DNA of 64,000 nt from Octopus sinensis (lineage: Eukaryota), in assembly GCF_006345805.1 (NCBI RefSeq), contig NC_042999.1:45694001-45758000 (forward strand), in the 5' to 3' direction. The notes beneath the pieces were generated by a model, which saw only the letters and a list, made by a program, of their open reading frames with translations, searched no databases and had not been told where the DNA came from. Shown one piece after another: positions 11,064-22,822 of this stretch. The stretch's first letter is position 1; every line of letters begins with the position of its first letter. The translations under genes were made by a program, and so were the position numbers.

Positions 11064-12759
11064 ATATATCTTTCTATTCTATCTTTTTACTTGTTTCAGT
11101 CCTTAGATTCCAGCCATGCCGAAGCACCGCTTTGAAAAATCTTTTTTTTTTAGTCGAATGAATTGATCCCAGTACTTAAATTTTTACTTATTCCCATGCA
11201 GTTGAGAAGCAAGCTTCTTACCACACAGTCATGCCTGCACCTATAACTGGTACAGCTACTGTAAGGCATTGCATATGATGGTCTTTCGTCATCATCATCA
11301 TCACCAGCACATCAACCTTTCCATGCTTGCGTAGGTTTATTGCAAAGTTCTATTGAGGTAAATTTTCTAAGGCTGGATGCCTTTTCTGTTGCCAACCATA
11401 ACCTGTTACCTGTTGGAGAATATTGGAAATGAATGACACTGCTTGTATGACAGTGACAATCATTTACAGCTGTCACATGATGTCAAAAACAAGGAGATAC
11501 AAACACACACCCATTCACATATACATTGCAGACTCACACACACATACATGTAAATACATACAATGGGCTTTTCCCAGTTTCCATCTACTAAATCCACACA
11601 CAACGCTTTGTTTTTCTCTGTGCTATTGTAGAAACACTTGTTCAAGGTGCCATGCAGAGGGGCTGAATGCAAAACCTTGTGGATAGGAAGCAAACTTCTT
11701 AACCACATAACCATGCTTGTGCTTAAGCATGCTTCTAACAATTATGCCAATTCACTCCATCGAACCAGCACTTTATTTAATCAATCGAGAAAGGACAAAT
11801 GCTCAATGGGATTTGAACTCAGAATGTAGAGAGTCATGAGAAAATACTGCAAAATATATATTCTTTCCCATACTCCAACAACTCTCACAATTTGCTGACT
11901 TCATAAACCCAATAACGATAATTAAATAATTTCTAAACTGGTCCTTAGAAACCTTTATGTATGAGGTATCATTCCCTTCCTTGTGTAATGGTTTCAAGCC
12001 AGTGAACTGAAGTTTAATTAGTAGTTATTTAATTAACTTCACATTAATTAATCAGCCAGGTAACCAATTTAAATGACGTTTTGCAAATCAGCTCGGCTTT
12101 GTCATTGTTATTTAAACAAATCACAAGAAACATTGTTCTTTTCATTGTGGGATATAAAGAAGAAGCATCCACCTCGCCTTTCTCTGTCTCTTGCCTCTAT
12201 AGCAGCAGCTTCTTCTGTGAATTAAGTCACGTATCATGTCTGCCTAAGTCCACCTTATCATTACTCATCATCCTTTTTCCTGCCTCATCTTTGTAAACTC
12301 TGTAGTAAACATTTCTTAAAAAAAAAAAAAAAGGCATGTCTACTTTTCATACTTTTCTTCACAGCTGCAGATATAACTGCAGGGTTAAGAAGCTCACTTT
12401 GCAACTATGTGGTTGCAGGTTGAGTTCTACTGGGCAGCACCTTGGGCAAGTGTTTTTTTTTTATTGTAGCTTCAGCCTGACCAATGCCTTGTGAGTGAGT
12501 TTCTTAGACAGAGTGTATAAGCTTGTTATATATATATACTCTTTACTCTTTTACTTGTTTCAGTCATTTGACTGTGGCCATGCTGGAGCACCGCATTTAG
12601 TCGAGCAAATCGACCCTAGGACTTATTCTTTGTAAGCCTAGTACTTATATATACATAAATCCACACACAAGGCTTTGGTCGGCCCAAGGTGCCACACAAT
12701 GGGACTGAACCCAGAACCATGTGGTTGGTAAGCAAGCTACTTACCACATAACCACTCCA

Positions 12760-12795
<36 letters not shown>

Positions 12796-13004
12796 CATAT
12801 ATGTGTATATATTGTCCCACCGATGCCAGCATGGAAGGTGGACGTTAAACGATGACAATGATAATGATGATATATTCACACTGCTAAACCAGACTGGGGT
12901 CTGGTGCAGCTCCCCCCACCACTTACCAGCTCTGATCATACTGTCCAACCCATGCTAGCATGGACACTGGACGTTAAATAATGATGATGATGATAATGAT
13001 ATAT

Positions 13005-13051
<47 letters not shown>

Positions 13052-13390
13052 AAAGGATTTTTGTCTAATGGTGTAATTTAATAGGTATATAAAAGTGCCC
13101 AGTTTGGTTTACCATTTTGTTAGAAGTGCTAACAATTCTGCCTGCTGTGTCCCTAATTTAGAAACACAGCTTTTCCTTTTGAGAGAAAGGAATTAATCAG
13201 TACCATTGAAACCTCCCCCCACTCCAAATCCCTCCAATACATGACTGGTTCTTTATTTTATCAAGCCTGAAAGGATGAAAGGCAAAGCTGAAGACAAACA
13301 AGATTTGAACTCAGAATGTAAAGAGTAGAAACAAGCACTAACTCTATAAGTCTTCTATCTTGATGCTGTAAAGACTAATAATTGATAATC

Positions 13391-13599
13391 TTTTCTACTC
13401 TAAGCACAAGGCCCGTTTTTCCTGTTTTTTTTTTTTTTTAGGTGGGGGCCAGTCAATTAGGTTGACTCCACTTAATTTATCAACCCTGAAAGGATGAAAG
13501 GCAAAGTCGACCTCGGTGGAATTTGAACTCAGAACGCCAAGACAGACTAAATGCTGCTGAGCATTTCACCCGGCATGCTAATGTTTCTGCCAGCTCGCT
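13391..13599 (-). mobile_element. SINE family B2
   Basis: Head GAGCTGGCAGAA, core TTTGCCTTTCATCCTTTC..GGTCGAT, and B2 tail GGCCTTGTGC.TAGAGTAGAAAAGA. Confidence 0.8.
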
Positions 13600-14262
13600 A
13601 CATTACTCCAATAATTGATTATAAAATAATTTCATTGATTTATTTATTTGCTGAAATACAATGAGCCCTACAGGCATTAAATAACAGTTGTTGAAGTAGA
13701 ACATGGGTAAATTTAATCACACCAATCTGGGAGGGATTGCAAAGTCATGGGTGTTGAATCTACTCTACTCCCACCACCGAAAATGAAAGTTCTGTTGATT
13801 CCTTTCAAATCACTCCATTCTATTTACATATATTTATCTTTATGCATTTTATATTGCAGTTGGTGAACAATAACATCATTACTCATAGATTTGCAATGAA
13901 TCAATCACTGCTTCACTGCAATTATGATGTCTTGAGGGACAAGGGAGTGTCTGCAACTCAGTGCTAAACAAATATCACAAAAGAATTCACTCAAAGAGTA
14001 CCAGTTTTTTTTTTCTTTTTCCCCAGTTTGCTCATTCATGATCCTTCATTGATCTTTCGTCGGCATACAAGTAGTTAAAGATATACATACATGTGCACAT
14101 GTATATACCCCATTGTGTTATATCTTGGGCAAGTGTCATTTCCTACAACCCTGGGCCAACCAAACCATTATGAGTGGATTTGGTAGATAGAAAGTAAAAA
14201 AAAAAGAGATTTGGTAGATAGAAACTAAAAAAAAAAGATTTGGTAGATAGAAACTAAAAATG

Positions 14263-14495
14263 AAGGCAGTGAGCTGGCAGAAACGTTAGCACGCCGGACG
14301 AAATGCTTAGCAGTATTTCGTCTGCCATTACGTTCTGAGTTCAAATTCCACCGAGGTCGACTTTGCCTTTCATCCTTTTGGGGTCGATTAAATAAGTACC
14401 AGTTATGCACTGGGGTCGATATAATCGACTTAATCCCTTTGTCTGTCCTTGTTTGTCCCCACTATGTTTAGCCCCTTGTGGGCAATAAAGAAATA
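14263..14495 (+). mobile_element. SINE family B1 inserted in an A-type remnant
   Basis: Full B1 (AAGGCAGTGAGCTGGCAG...CCCCTTGTGGGCAATAAAGAAATA) flanked by AGAAACTAAAAA at 14249-14260 and 14496-14507. Confidence 0.9.
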
Positions 14496-14775
14496 AGAAA
14501 CTAAAAAAAAGCTATTGTGTGTGTGTTTGTGTGTGTTACCATCTCCCTACCTTGATATTGCATGACACTTGTAAACTGTTTTCTGTAAAAACATGTCTGG
14601 CCAAGGAGAAATATTACCTTACTTGGGTACAGGTGAGGGTTGGCAACAGGAAGAGCATGCGCATCAACAAAATTCCATCTGGCTCATATGAGCATGGAAA
14701 AGTGGATATTAAAAGCGGATGATGATATACACTCTCCCACACACATACATATATGTATGCATACATACATTCATG

Positions 14776-15060
14776 TTACAGTTGATCTGACCAATGGAAC
14801 ATCTTGCTTCAGAAAGTGATATGCAAGTGGCAGGGCACTTGACAAACATGTGTACCCTTAGCATAGTTCTCAGGGAGATTCAGCTTAACACAGAATGCAA
14901 CAAGGCTGGCTCTTTGAATTACAAGTACTACCCATTTTCCCCTGTTGACTGGACTGGAGCAGTATGAAATAAAGTACCTTACTCAAGGACCCAATGCACT
15001 ATCAGGAATTGAAGTTACAGCCTAAGGATTATGAGTCTAGCCACTAGGCCACTTGCCTTC
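14776..15060 (-). mobile_element. SINE family D
   Basis: Aligns with 22131-22420 (CCAGTTGATCTGACCAATGGAACA...GGACTGGAGCA...AAATAAAGT.CCTT.CTCAA). Confidence 0.75.
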
Positions 15061-16980
15061 ATACATCACACACACACTGAGTAAATGGATTGCCATCAGT
15101 TTTCAATGGTCACTATTCTATTGATCAATCAAGTGGATGGCTTGCTCATTGAACTATTATGTAGGTGGCTGAGTATTCTATTGATACATCTGCCCTTATT
15201 ATAATTCCAAGACAGAATGAGTGTAACAGTGTGGCAAGGCTGGAGACCTTTAAATAACATGTATAATCTAACCAGTGAACCCTTGTAGTTTCATATCTAT
15301 TGAAATTCATTCACAAGGCTTGAATCAACATGTGGCCTTTGTAAAGACATTTTTTCAAAGTGCCATGGAGTAGGTTTGAACTTGGGATCTTGCAAATGCA
15401 AAGCAGAGCAAACCTCTTAACCATTTAACTATGCTGTGTCCACACACACACATACTCAAACACACTCGCAAGCTTAAACAGAGCTGGCTTCAGCACAGTT
15501 TCCATTTACCAAATTTCATTCACAAAGTATTGGTCAGCCTGTGGCTAAGTTAAAAAAAGAATTGTTCAGGATACCACAAGCTGGGATTGAACTCAGAACC
15601 ATGTCATTGTGAAGTGAACTTGTTAACTGCATAGCTGTGTATGTATCCATGTGGAAGCTCCTTTTTATTGTTTTGTTTTTTGTAAGAATATGAGGACATT
15701 GTGTATGTGACTTGTTAACCATTTCAAGCAATGAATCAATGTCGCTAAGCAGTAAAAATGTGAAAAATATAGATTTTTTTTTCATTGACGGCCAACACAG
15801 TTCTCATAGCAACAGACTCCACAAAATGGTGTCCTTACTCTCTTGACCCATGATCATACACAGCTCATATGTTTGGACACTTTGCAAATGCTAGGCTAAA
15901 TGACCTCTGAATAGCACTTAGAAATTTTCCAGTTCATAACCCCAGAAAATATTTCCACTTCGTATGAGAAGCTGATAAATTTTTACTAAGTACAAATAGA
16001 TTCTACAGTACTGTACACATATACATTCACTTACACATACATACCTGCACACACACACACAGACATATTTATATATACATACACATGTGTATATGTACAC
16101 CTACACACATACACATACATGCTATTATGTGTATTTTACACTCACACAACTATACACAATACAATATATTTTAAAGAGAGAGAAATTGTTGTCTGTCTAG
16201 TAAGTAATACTTATTAATACTCTATAATAACTTTCCTGCTATCAAGCTGTGCCCTCTTTGTATATTTCACAACTCTTCTTACAACTCAAAGACCTTTTAT
16301 ATTTCTCTACTAACCATCTTGCTTCCCCTCTTCAAAAATCTTGCACCATGAACTTTACCTACAATTCTTCCATAGGTCTCTCCTTTCCAAAGTATAAATT
16401 CTACTCAGGTGAACTTTGCCTTTCGTCCTTTGAGGCTCAATAAAATAAAGTACCAGTCACATTCTGGTATCAATGGTATCAACTAACCTACTGCCCTCAG
16501 AAATGCTCAAGCTGGCAGAAGTGTTAGGGCACTGGAAAAATGCCTTGTGATAGTCCATCCAACTCATTATGTTCTGAGTTCAAATTCTGCCTTTTCAATC
16601 TTTCAGGAGTTGATGAAATAAAGTACCAGTCAACTATTAGGGTCAGTCTTCTTCTTAGCCTATGCCACATTACATGTTTGACATTGACTCCAACTTGAGA
16701 GCAAATTTCCTCCAGTCTATGCGAGATGACATTGCACTTCAACTCTGAAATATCACATAGTCCTCTATCCTGCATAAGTTTATGGATATACATCATATGA
16801 ATTGGACCACCCGGCTTGAGTGTTCCCATGGAGTAATAGAAAAATGGTGCAGTGACTTGTTGATCTGTTCAATGTAAACAGTGGCCTGTAAATTTTAGCC
16901 ATCTTTGTTTGATTATCTGGGTGACAGGTGGTAAAAATCCATACAGTGATGTGTTTGATATATGGCTAGCATAAGAGCTA

Positions 16981-17397
16981 AAGCAGTGAGCTGGCAGAAA
17001 CGTTAGCACACCGGGCGAAATGCTTAGCGGTATTTTGTCTGTCTTTACATTCTGTGTTCAAATTCTGCTGAGGTTGACTTTGCCTTTCATCCTTTCGGGG
17101 TCGATTAAATAAGTACCAGTTATGCAGTGGGGTCGATACAATCGGCTTAATCCATCTGTCTGTCCTTGTTTGTCCTCTCTGTGTTTAGCCCCTTGTGGGT
17201 AGTAAAGAAATAGGTATTTCGTCTGTCTTTACGTTCTGTGTTCAAATTTCGCTGAAGTCAACTTTGCCTTTCATCCTTTCGGGGTCGATAAATTAAGTAC
17301 CAATTACGCACTGGGGTCGATGTAATCGACTTAATACCTATGTCTGTCCTTGTTTGTCCCCTCTATGTTTAGCCCCTTGTGGGCAATAAACAAATAA
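16981..17397 (+). mobile_element. SINE B1 with tandemly duplicated 184-bp body
   Basis: Body units start at GGTATT 17029 and 17213. The whole is flanked by ATATGGCTAGCA(T/C)AAGAG (about 16960-16977 and 17404-17421). Confidence 0.9.
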
Positions 17398-19099
17398 GAA
17401 ATGATATGGCTAGCACAAGAGATGTTAAAAGTCTTGCGCTGTCTAGTTGAGTGTATGTGCTGTCTAGTGATCACTCTTGGGCCATTGTAAGAGACTAACA
17501 TTCAGAGCTGTAAAGCAAAACAGATTCTACTATAGCATGAAGCAGGTGTAATTTTTGGTCACATGACAGGTTGTGGTGCTTTCCAAGTTATCCATAATTT
17601 GTTGGATGCTGACCATGTTATCACTTTATGAATGTAAGCATCTGTGTTAGGTTGATGCTGATGTTGGCTGATCTCCACCTCTTAGAATTGTTGGTCTTGT
17701 GCCTAGATCAGAAATTGCTATTATTATTTTTGAGAGCAATATATGAAATTTTTAGGCCATGTTGGGCAGATATTTTAAATGGTGGTGCCTCAGCTAGAAC
17801 ACATTAAAGAATATAAGTTTTCAGAAAATTACATGCCTTCAAAAATAATTTCAAGGGCTTCACATTCCCTGCACCAAAACAAAAAAAAAAAAACATCCAA
17901 AACACATCAATAGCAAGAATAATTATTATTTCCTAAAAGCTGGATTCCCTTTCTACCACTAAACAGGCATGTGTCATGCTCAAGAGACACAACTCTATGG
18001 CTTCAGTAAAATTTGATCTTTTGATTATGGGGTCAATCAAATAGCACACAATGAAACCTACAGTCCTTCTACTTCATCTATCATCAGTTATGTGAACATA
18101 TTCTTGATGGCAATATGATATATTACTTTATTTTGATATGTTATTTAGATTTACTTGAGGGTTTCATTTCATTGTTGATAGCTTCTTTACTCCATCATTC
18201 TAAATATGTTTGAAAACATATCTTACTTTATGAAGCACACTACTATTATCTATTGATTTGACACTGAGGTGAAATTGAATCAAGCATTAAATATACGAAT
18301 TTTATGCTCTTATATCAGATTTTGCCAGGGTTTGGTGGTAGTGGTGATGGTAAAAAAAAATTATCTGGAAGTTCACAGATTTTTTGCAAGGGTAGGGTAT
18401 AATGTAGCTGGAAATGAAGTGAAATAACTTAACTTTCACCTGAAATTAATAAAAATAAAAAAAGATAAAAAATAAAAAAAAATAAAATGAAGTGCAAGGA
18501 AGAAGAAAAGCAAAGAGACTGTGAACTTACCTCCTTGAGAGCTTACGTCTGTTCTAAGATATTTACTCATTTCAGATTGCATTTTCTTGGTTTCTTACCT
18601 TCACTAGATATCCTTGAAGTAATTAGGATCTGAAGTGTTGCTCTAATCCTATTTAATGTTATTCTTGACAAAATTATTATTTTAAAAGTAAAAGTATAAC
18701 AAACGAAATTTAATTATGCTATTCCGACGCAGTCCAAGATTTCCGAACACTTCTACAATTTCCTTGCTTCTATCATATCAAATATAAAGAGATTGGGTAC
18801 CTTTAAGAAATACAAGTAATGCAAGAACAAATATAAAACAAGATATGGCAAAATTATTTTCCAAATTTAATCATTATTGCTTTGCTTCCATAGATTAGAA
18901 TTTAATGGGAGAATAGCACTTGACAATTCCTGAAATGCTTGATGCCTCAATTATATATATAAAAAAGTAGAATTCAGCTGTGGTACAAAGAAACTCTATA
19001 CATGTTAAGAGATTTCAGTAGAGTTTTCTGAAAAGCCTCTACATCTTTTGTTGGACATTACAGCAGTCCAGGTAGTGATAATCTTTCAATCACAGATAT

Positions 19100-19660
19100 C
19101 AAAGCAACAAGCTTATTTCAGTGTGGCTCTTACTTGCCTTATCTCAAAACAATTATAACATAATGGTGTATTCTTTGGAAATATCAGAGCTACAGAATGT
19201 TCTGCCACTTGTAGTTTATTTTATTGCTACCTGCTATCCACAGTCCTTGGAATCAGCAAGCCATAGCTATCGTTGTCCTTGTTGTGTCCATCCACCTCCA
19301 TATCAGTCCTTACACTAACCACAGTGTTTCTGTGGAATTTTCTTTCTGCTCATGCTTTACCTGCACATGTTGCCCTTGCAACAGTTTGTCATCATGCTCA
19401 ATGGTCTTGTTGTTGTTGCTAAGCAACAAGACGGGTAAGGATGATTAAGTGATGATCTAGGGCTTAGGGGCAGGAGACCCCAGATCTTGGAAAAAAAACA
19501 AAACTTTGGTCGTCTTTTTGTAGTTGAGGGCTCTTTGTTGATGCCTGACATCACTGGGAGGTAACCCTTGAAGTCACTGGAAATGGAGATCTCCAGGTCT
19601 AAATTCTTGAATGGCTGCTCAATAGTCTTGGAAGGTACTGCCCCTTCCTCTGAGCTTAAC
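19100..19660 (-). mobile_element. Possible highly decayed R4/Dong-like (RLE) LINE fragment
   Basis: Stop-riddled frames read KLRGRGSTFQD (cf. GGRGL.S.ED), KLLQGQHV...KENSTETLWL (cf. K.LHGQ...ET..WL) and NTPLCYNC. The similarity is from memory and weak. Confidence 0.35.
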
Positions 19661-20819
19661 TAGTAAAAACAAACAAAAAAGAACTCTAAAATCAAAAATC
19701 ATTCTTTAACTGTCTAATGAAAAATACAAGCTTTGGGTGTAAAATATAGCTCCAGGTTTTGAAATATAGCTCCTGGTATAAAATACTGCTTCTAGCTGAA
19801 GACTACAATTTATGATGAATAATACCGTTCTTACATTTTAAACTGGATTTGCTTAACAAAATGTCTGTAAGCTATGTCTGGCGGAAAAAGCTTGCAACTT
19901 TTGGGGTATTTTTTTTTCTAGAAAAGAAGCAGCAGCTTTTGTTGTTTTGGGTTTTTATTTTTGTTAATGAATTAAAAGTATATATATGAATGTATATAGG
20001 ATGATGATGATGATGATGATAAAATTTTTTCCCTGTATATTTTAGCTGTTTTGGATGACATCTTTAATTGAGTATTAAAATCGGCTTTAATGTTTTATAA
20101 ATGAGTTTATAAAGAACATTTTGTATATTCATTTTGTTAAAAATGTGATTTAAAATTATCTTTTGTCCAACAATTACAATGTGCATGAAAAAGAAATTTA
20201 AAAAAAGACGGTAAAAATAGCAGTTGAAGTCTTGTAATTTGGTTATGAATAATAGTCTTTGGATAACTCTTGCAGTGAATAGAGTCTAAGAGATTCATAT
20301 CTATCTTTGAAGTAGTGCTTTGAAATTAGCTTTATGACAGGAACATTCTTTGATTATATAACCAGTAATAGGTTCCTGGAAAAGTATGTATGACTTTATT
20401 TCAAATGAGATTAATACAAAAAAAAACCAAAAAAACTGGCATGTAGAATAATATTTTGCACAGTTACGTATCAAACATCTTTGAATTTCTTTTTAAAGCT
20501 CTTCAAATTTCTTTTTAGAATACGTATTTTGATTGTATTTGTACCTGATAATATAGTAGTCATATGAAATGAGTGAACCAAAGAACTTCTATGCAGTTGT
20601 TTGCCTTGCTACAAATAGCAACAAATTTCTTAAAATTAACACCCCACTGCCTTTAAAGAGGAAATGGTATATTGAATAATGGAATCTTTGACACATCTAA
20701 AAAGATGAGATTATTGAAATTGCAATACTGTTTGATTATAAGGCTACTTTCTTAAGGTCGACCTGGTGTTAGGCAAAATCTTTGTGTTATAAAAATGAAA
20801 CCTTTTTAATTTGATGTCA

Positions 20820-21160
20820 TCATCCTCATCATCATCATCATCATTTAACGTCCATTTTCCGTGTTAGCACGGGTTGGACGGTTTGACTGGGGTCTGGGAA
20901 GCCAGGAAGCTGCACCAGGCTCCAGTCTGATCTGGCAATGTTTCTACAGCTGGATGCCCTTCCTAATGCCAACCACTCCATGAGTGTAGTGCGTGCTTTA
21001 TACGTATCACCAGCACAGGTGCCAGGGGAGGCTGGCAACGGCATGATTGGTTGGTGCTCTTTACGTGCCACCAGCACAGAAGCCAGTCAGGCGGCGATGG
21101 CATTGGCCATGTTCGGATGGTGCTTTTTACGTGCCACTGGCACAGGTATCACAACTACAA
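20820..21160 (-). mobile_element. SINE family C with (ATG)n tail and three internal GTGGCACGTAAAAAGCACC-type repeats
   Basis: Tail GGACGTTAAATGATGATG and block GGTTGGCATTAGGAAGGGCATCCAGCTGTAGAAAC. Related copies lie near 8930-9030, 11290-11480, 12810-13000, 14560-14730, 24664-24830, 40665-40900, 53970-54200 and 61300-61410. Confidence 0.8.
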
Positions 21161-22130
21161 TTTCCATTTAATATTTATTTTGATGTTGATGTACTTGACT
21201 CAATAGGTCTCCTCAAGCACAGCGTGTCTATGCAAATTGTATGCATATATATATGTTGATGTTATGAATTGATAAATATTGGTTTCAAATTTTGGCATTA
21301 TGCCAGCAATTTTGGGGGAGGCGATAAGTCAGTTACATTGACCACCCAGTAATCACTGGTAATTATTTTATTGACCCTGAGAAGATGGATGGCAAAGTTG
21401 ACCGTGGCAGAATTTGAATGTAAAGATGGATGAAATGCTAAGAACTTTGTCTGGAGTGCTAATGATTCTGCTAGCTCACCACTTTATGAATTAATAAATA
21501 TTGTCTGTGACACAAATAAAGAAATCTGTTTATATACATCTGTTTATTTTTATCCATCCATTTTTACCCAAAAGAGATGGTTTTCTTCAAAATAACATCC
21601 CCCTTGATCAAATCTTTTTTGACTCTTTTACTCCAATTTTGTGCCATCACACTCTCAATGTTCAGAATTCAAGATTACAAGTGATGTTATAATCACTCAA
21701 ATATTTCATTGGTTGTTTACTTAGAAACCAAGGACATTCTATAGCTGGCTTGGTGTTGCTTTGTGTATTGATGTATGTCTGTAATTTTCAATTTGCTATT
21801 CAAATGTAGTAAATAAATACCACTTAAACTCTCTACCATTCTTAAAAGCAGAGTGCCAGTGTTATGACTTTTCAATACAATTTAAAGAATGTAAATTGTT
21901 TTCAAGTATCTCTTATCTACATTGCAGCAGGTTGCCTTTCGACTGTCAAAGTCTTACCATAAAAGAAATATGCAAATTTCAGACTAACCATGTAACCTTG
22001 TACCAAATACTGCCTCCTCTATGGGAAAACTACAAATAATGTAATTCTAGAAAAGACATAAACCACTTCAAACATCAGGATATCTTACACTACTACAAGA
22101 CCTCATGTTTATAGGGGAGGTATAACTAAA

Positions 22131-22420
22131 ATGGTTCTTTGTCGGTTACAATGATGAGGGTTCCAGTTGATCTGACCAATGGAACAGCCTGCTTGTGAAA
22201 TTAACATGCAAGTGGCTGAGCACTCCACAGACAGGTATAGCTTTAACGTAATTCTTGGGAAGATTCAGTTTGACTCAGAATGTGACAAGACCATCCCTTT
22301 GATTTACAGGTACAACTATTTTTTTCCAGCTGAGTGGACTGGAGCAATGTGAAATAAAGTGCCTTCCTCAAAGACACAGTGTACCATTGGGAGTTGAACT
22401 CACAACCTTACTATCATGAA
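22131..22420 (-). mobile_element. SINE family D
   Basis: Aligns with 14776-15060. Confidence 0.75.
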
Positions 22421-22786
22421 AGGGAAATATAGGTGCAATGTAAACAAAAGGTGAAGATGTTTACTACATCACAATTTCTTGGGTTTGTTCCTAATGTGTG
22501 GTATCTCACACAAGTGTCATTTTCTATAGCATTGGGTTGATGCAGGCTTTCTGAGAGATATTGGGTAGATGGAAACTGTGTGGAAGCTTGTAGGAGGGAT
22601 TACACCAATAATTCAAAGACCCAGCTTTATCAAACAGTGTCACACTGATTCTGCCAGAGAATTATGTTTATGTTACAGATGTGTGTTTGGTCTGACCAGT
22701 ATTACTCTATGGATGTGAAAACTGGAAAGTGACAAGAATAGAGGAAAAAAAACAATTGACAGTTTCCAGTTTGCATGCTCATATAC

Positions 22787-22809
<23 letters not shown>

Positions 22810-22822
<13 letters not shown>

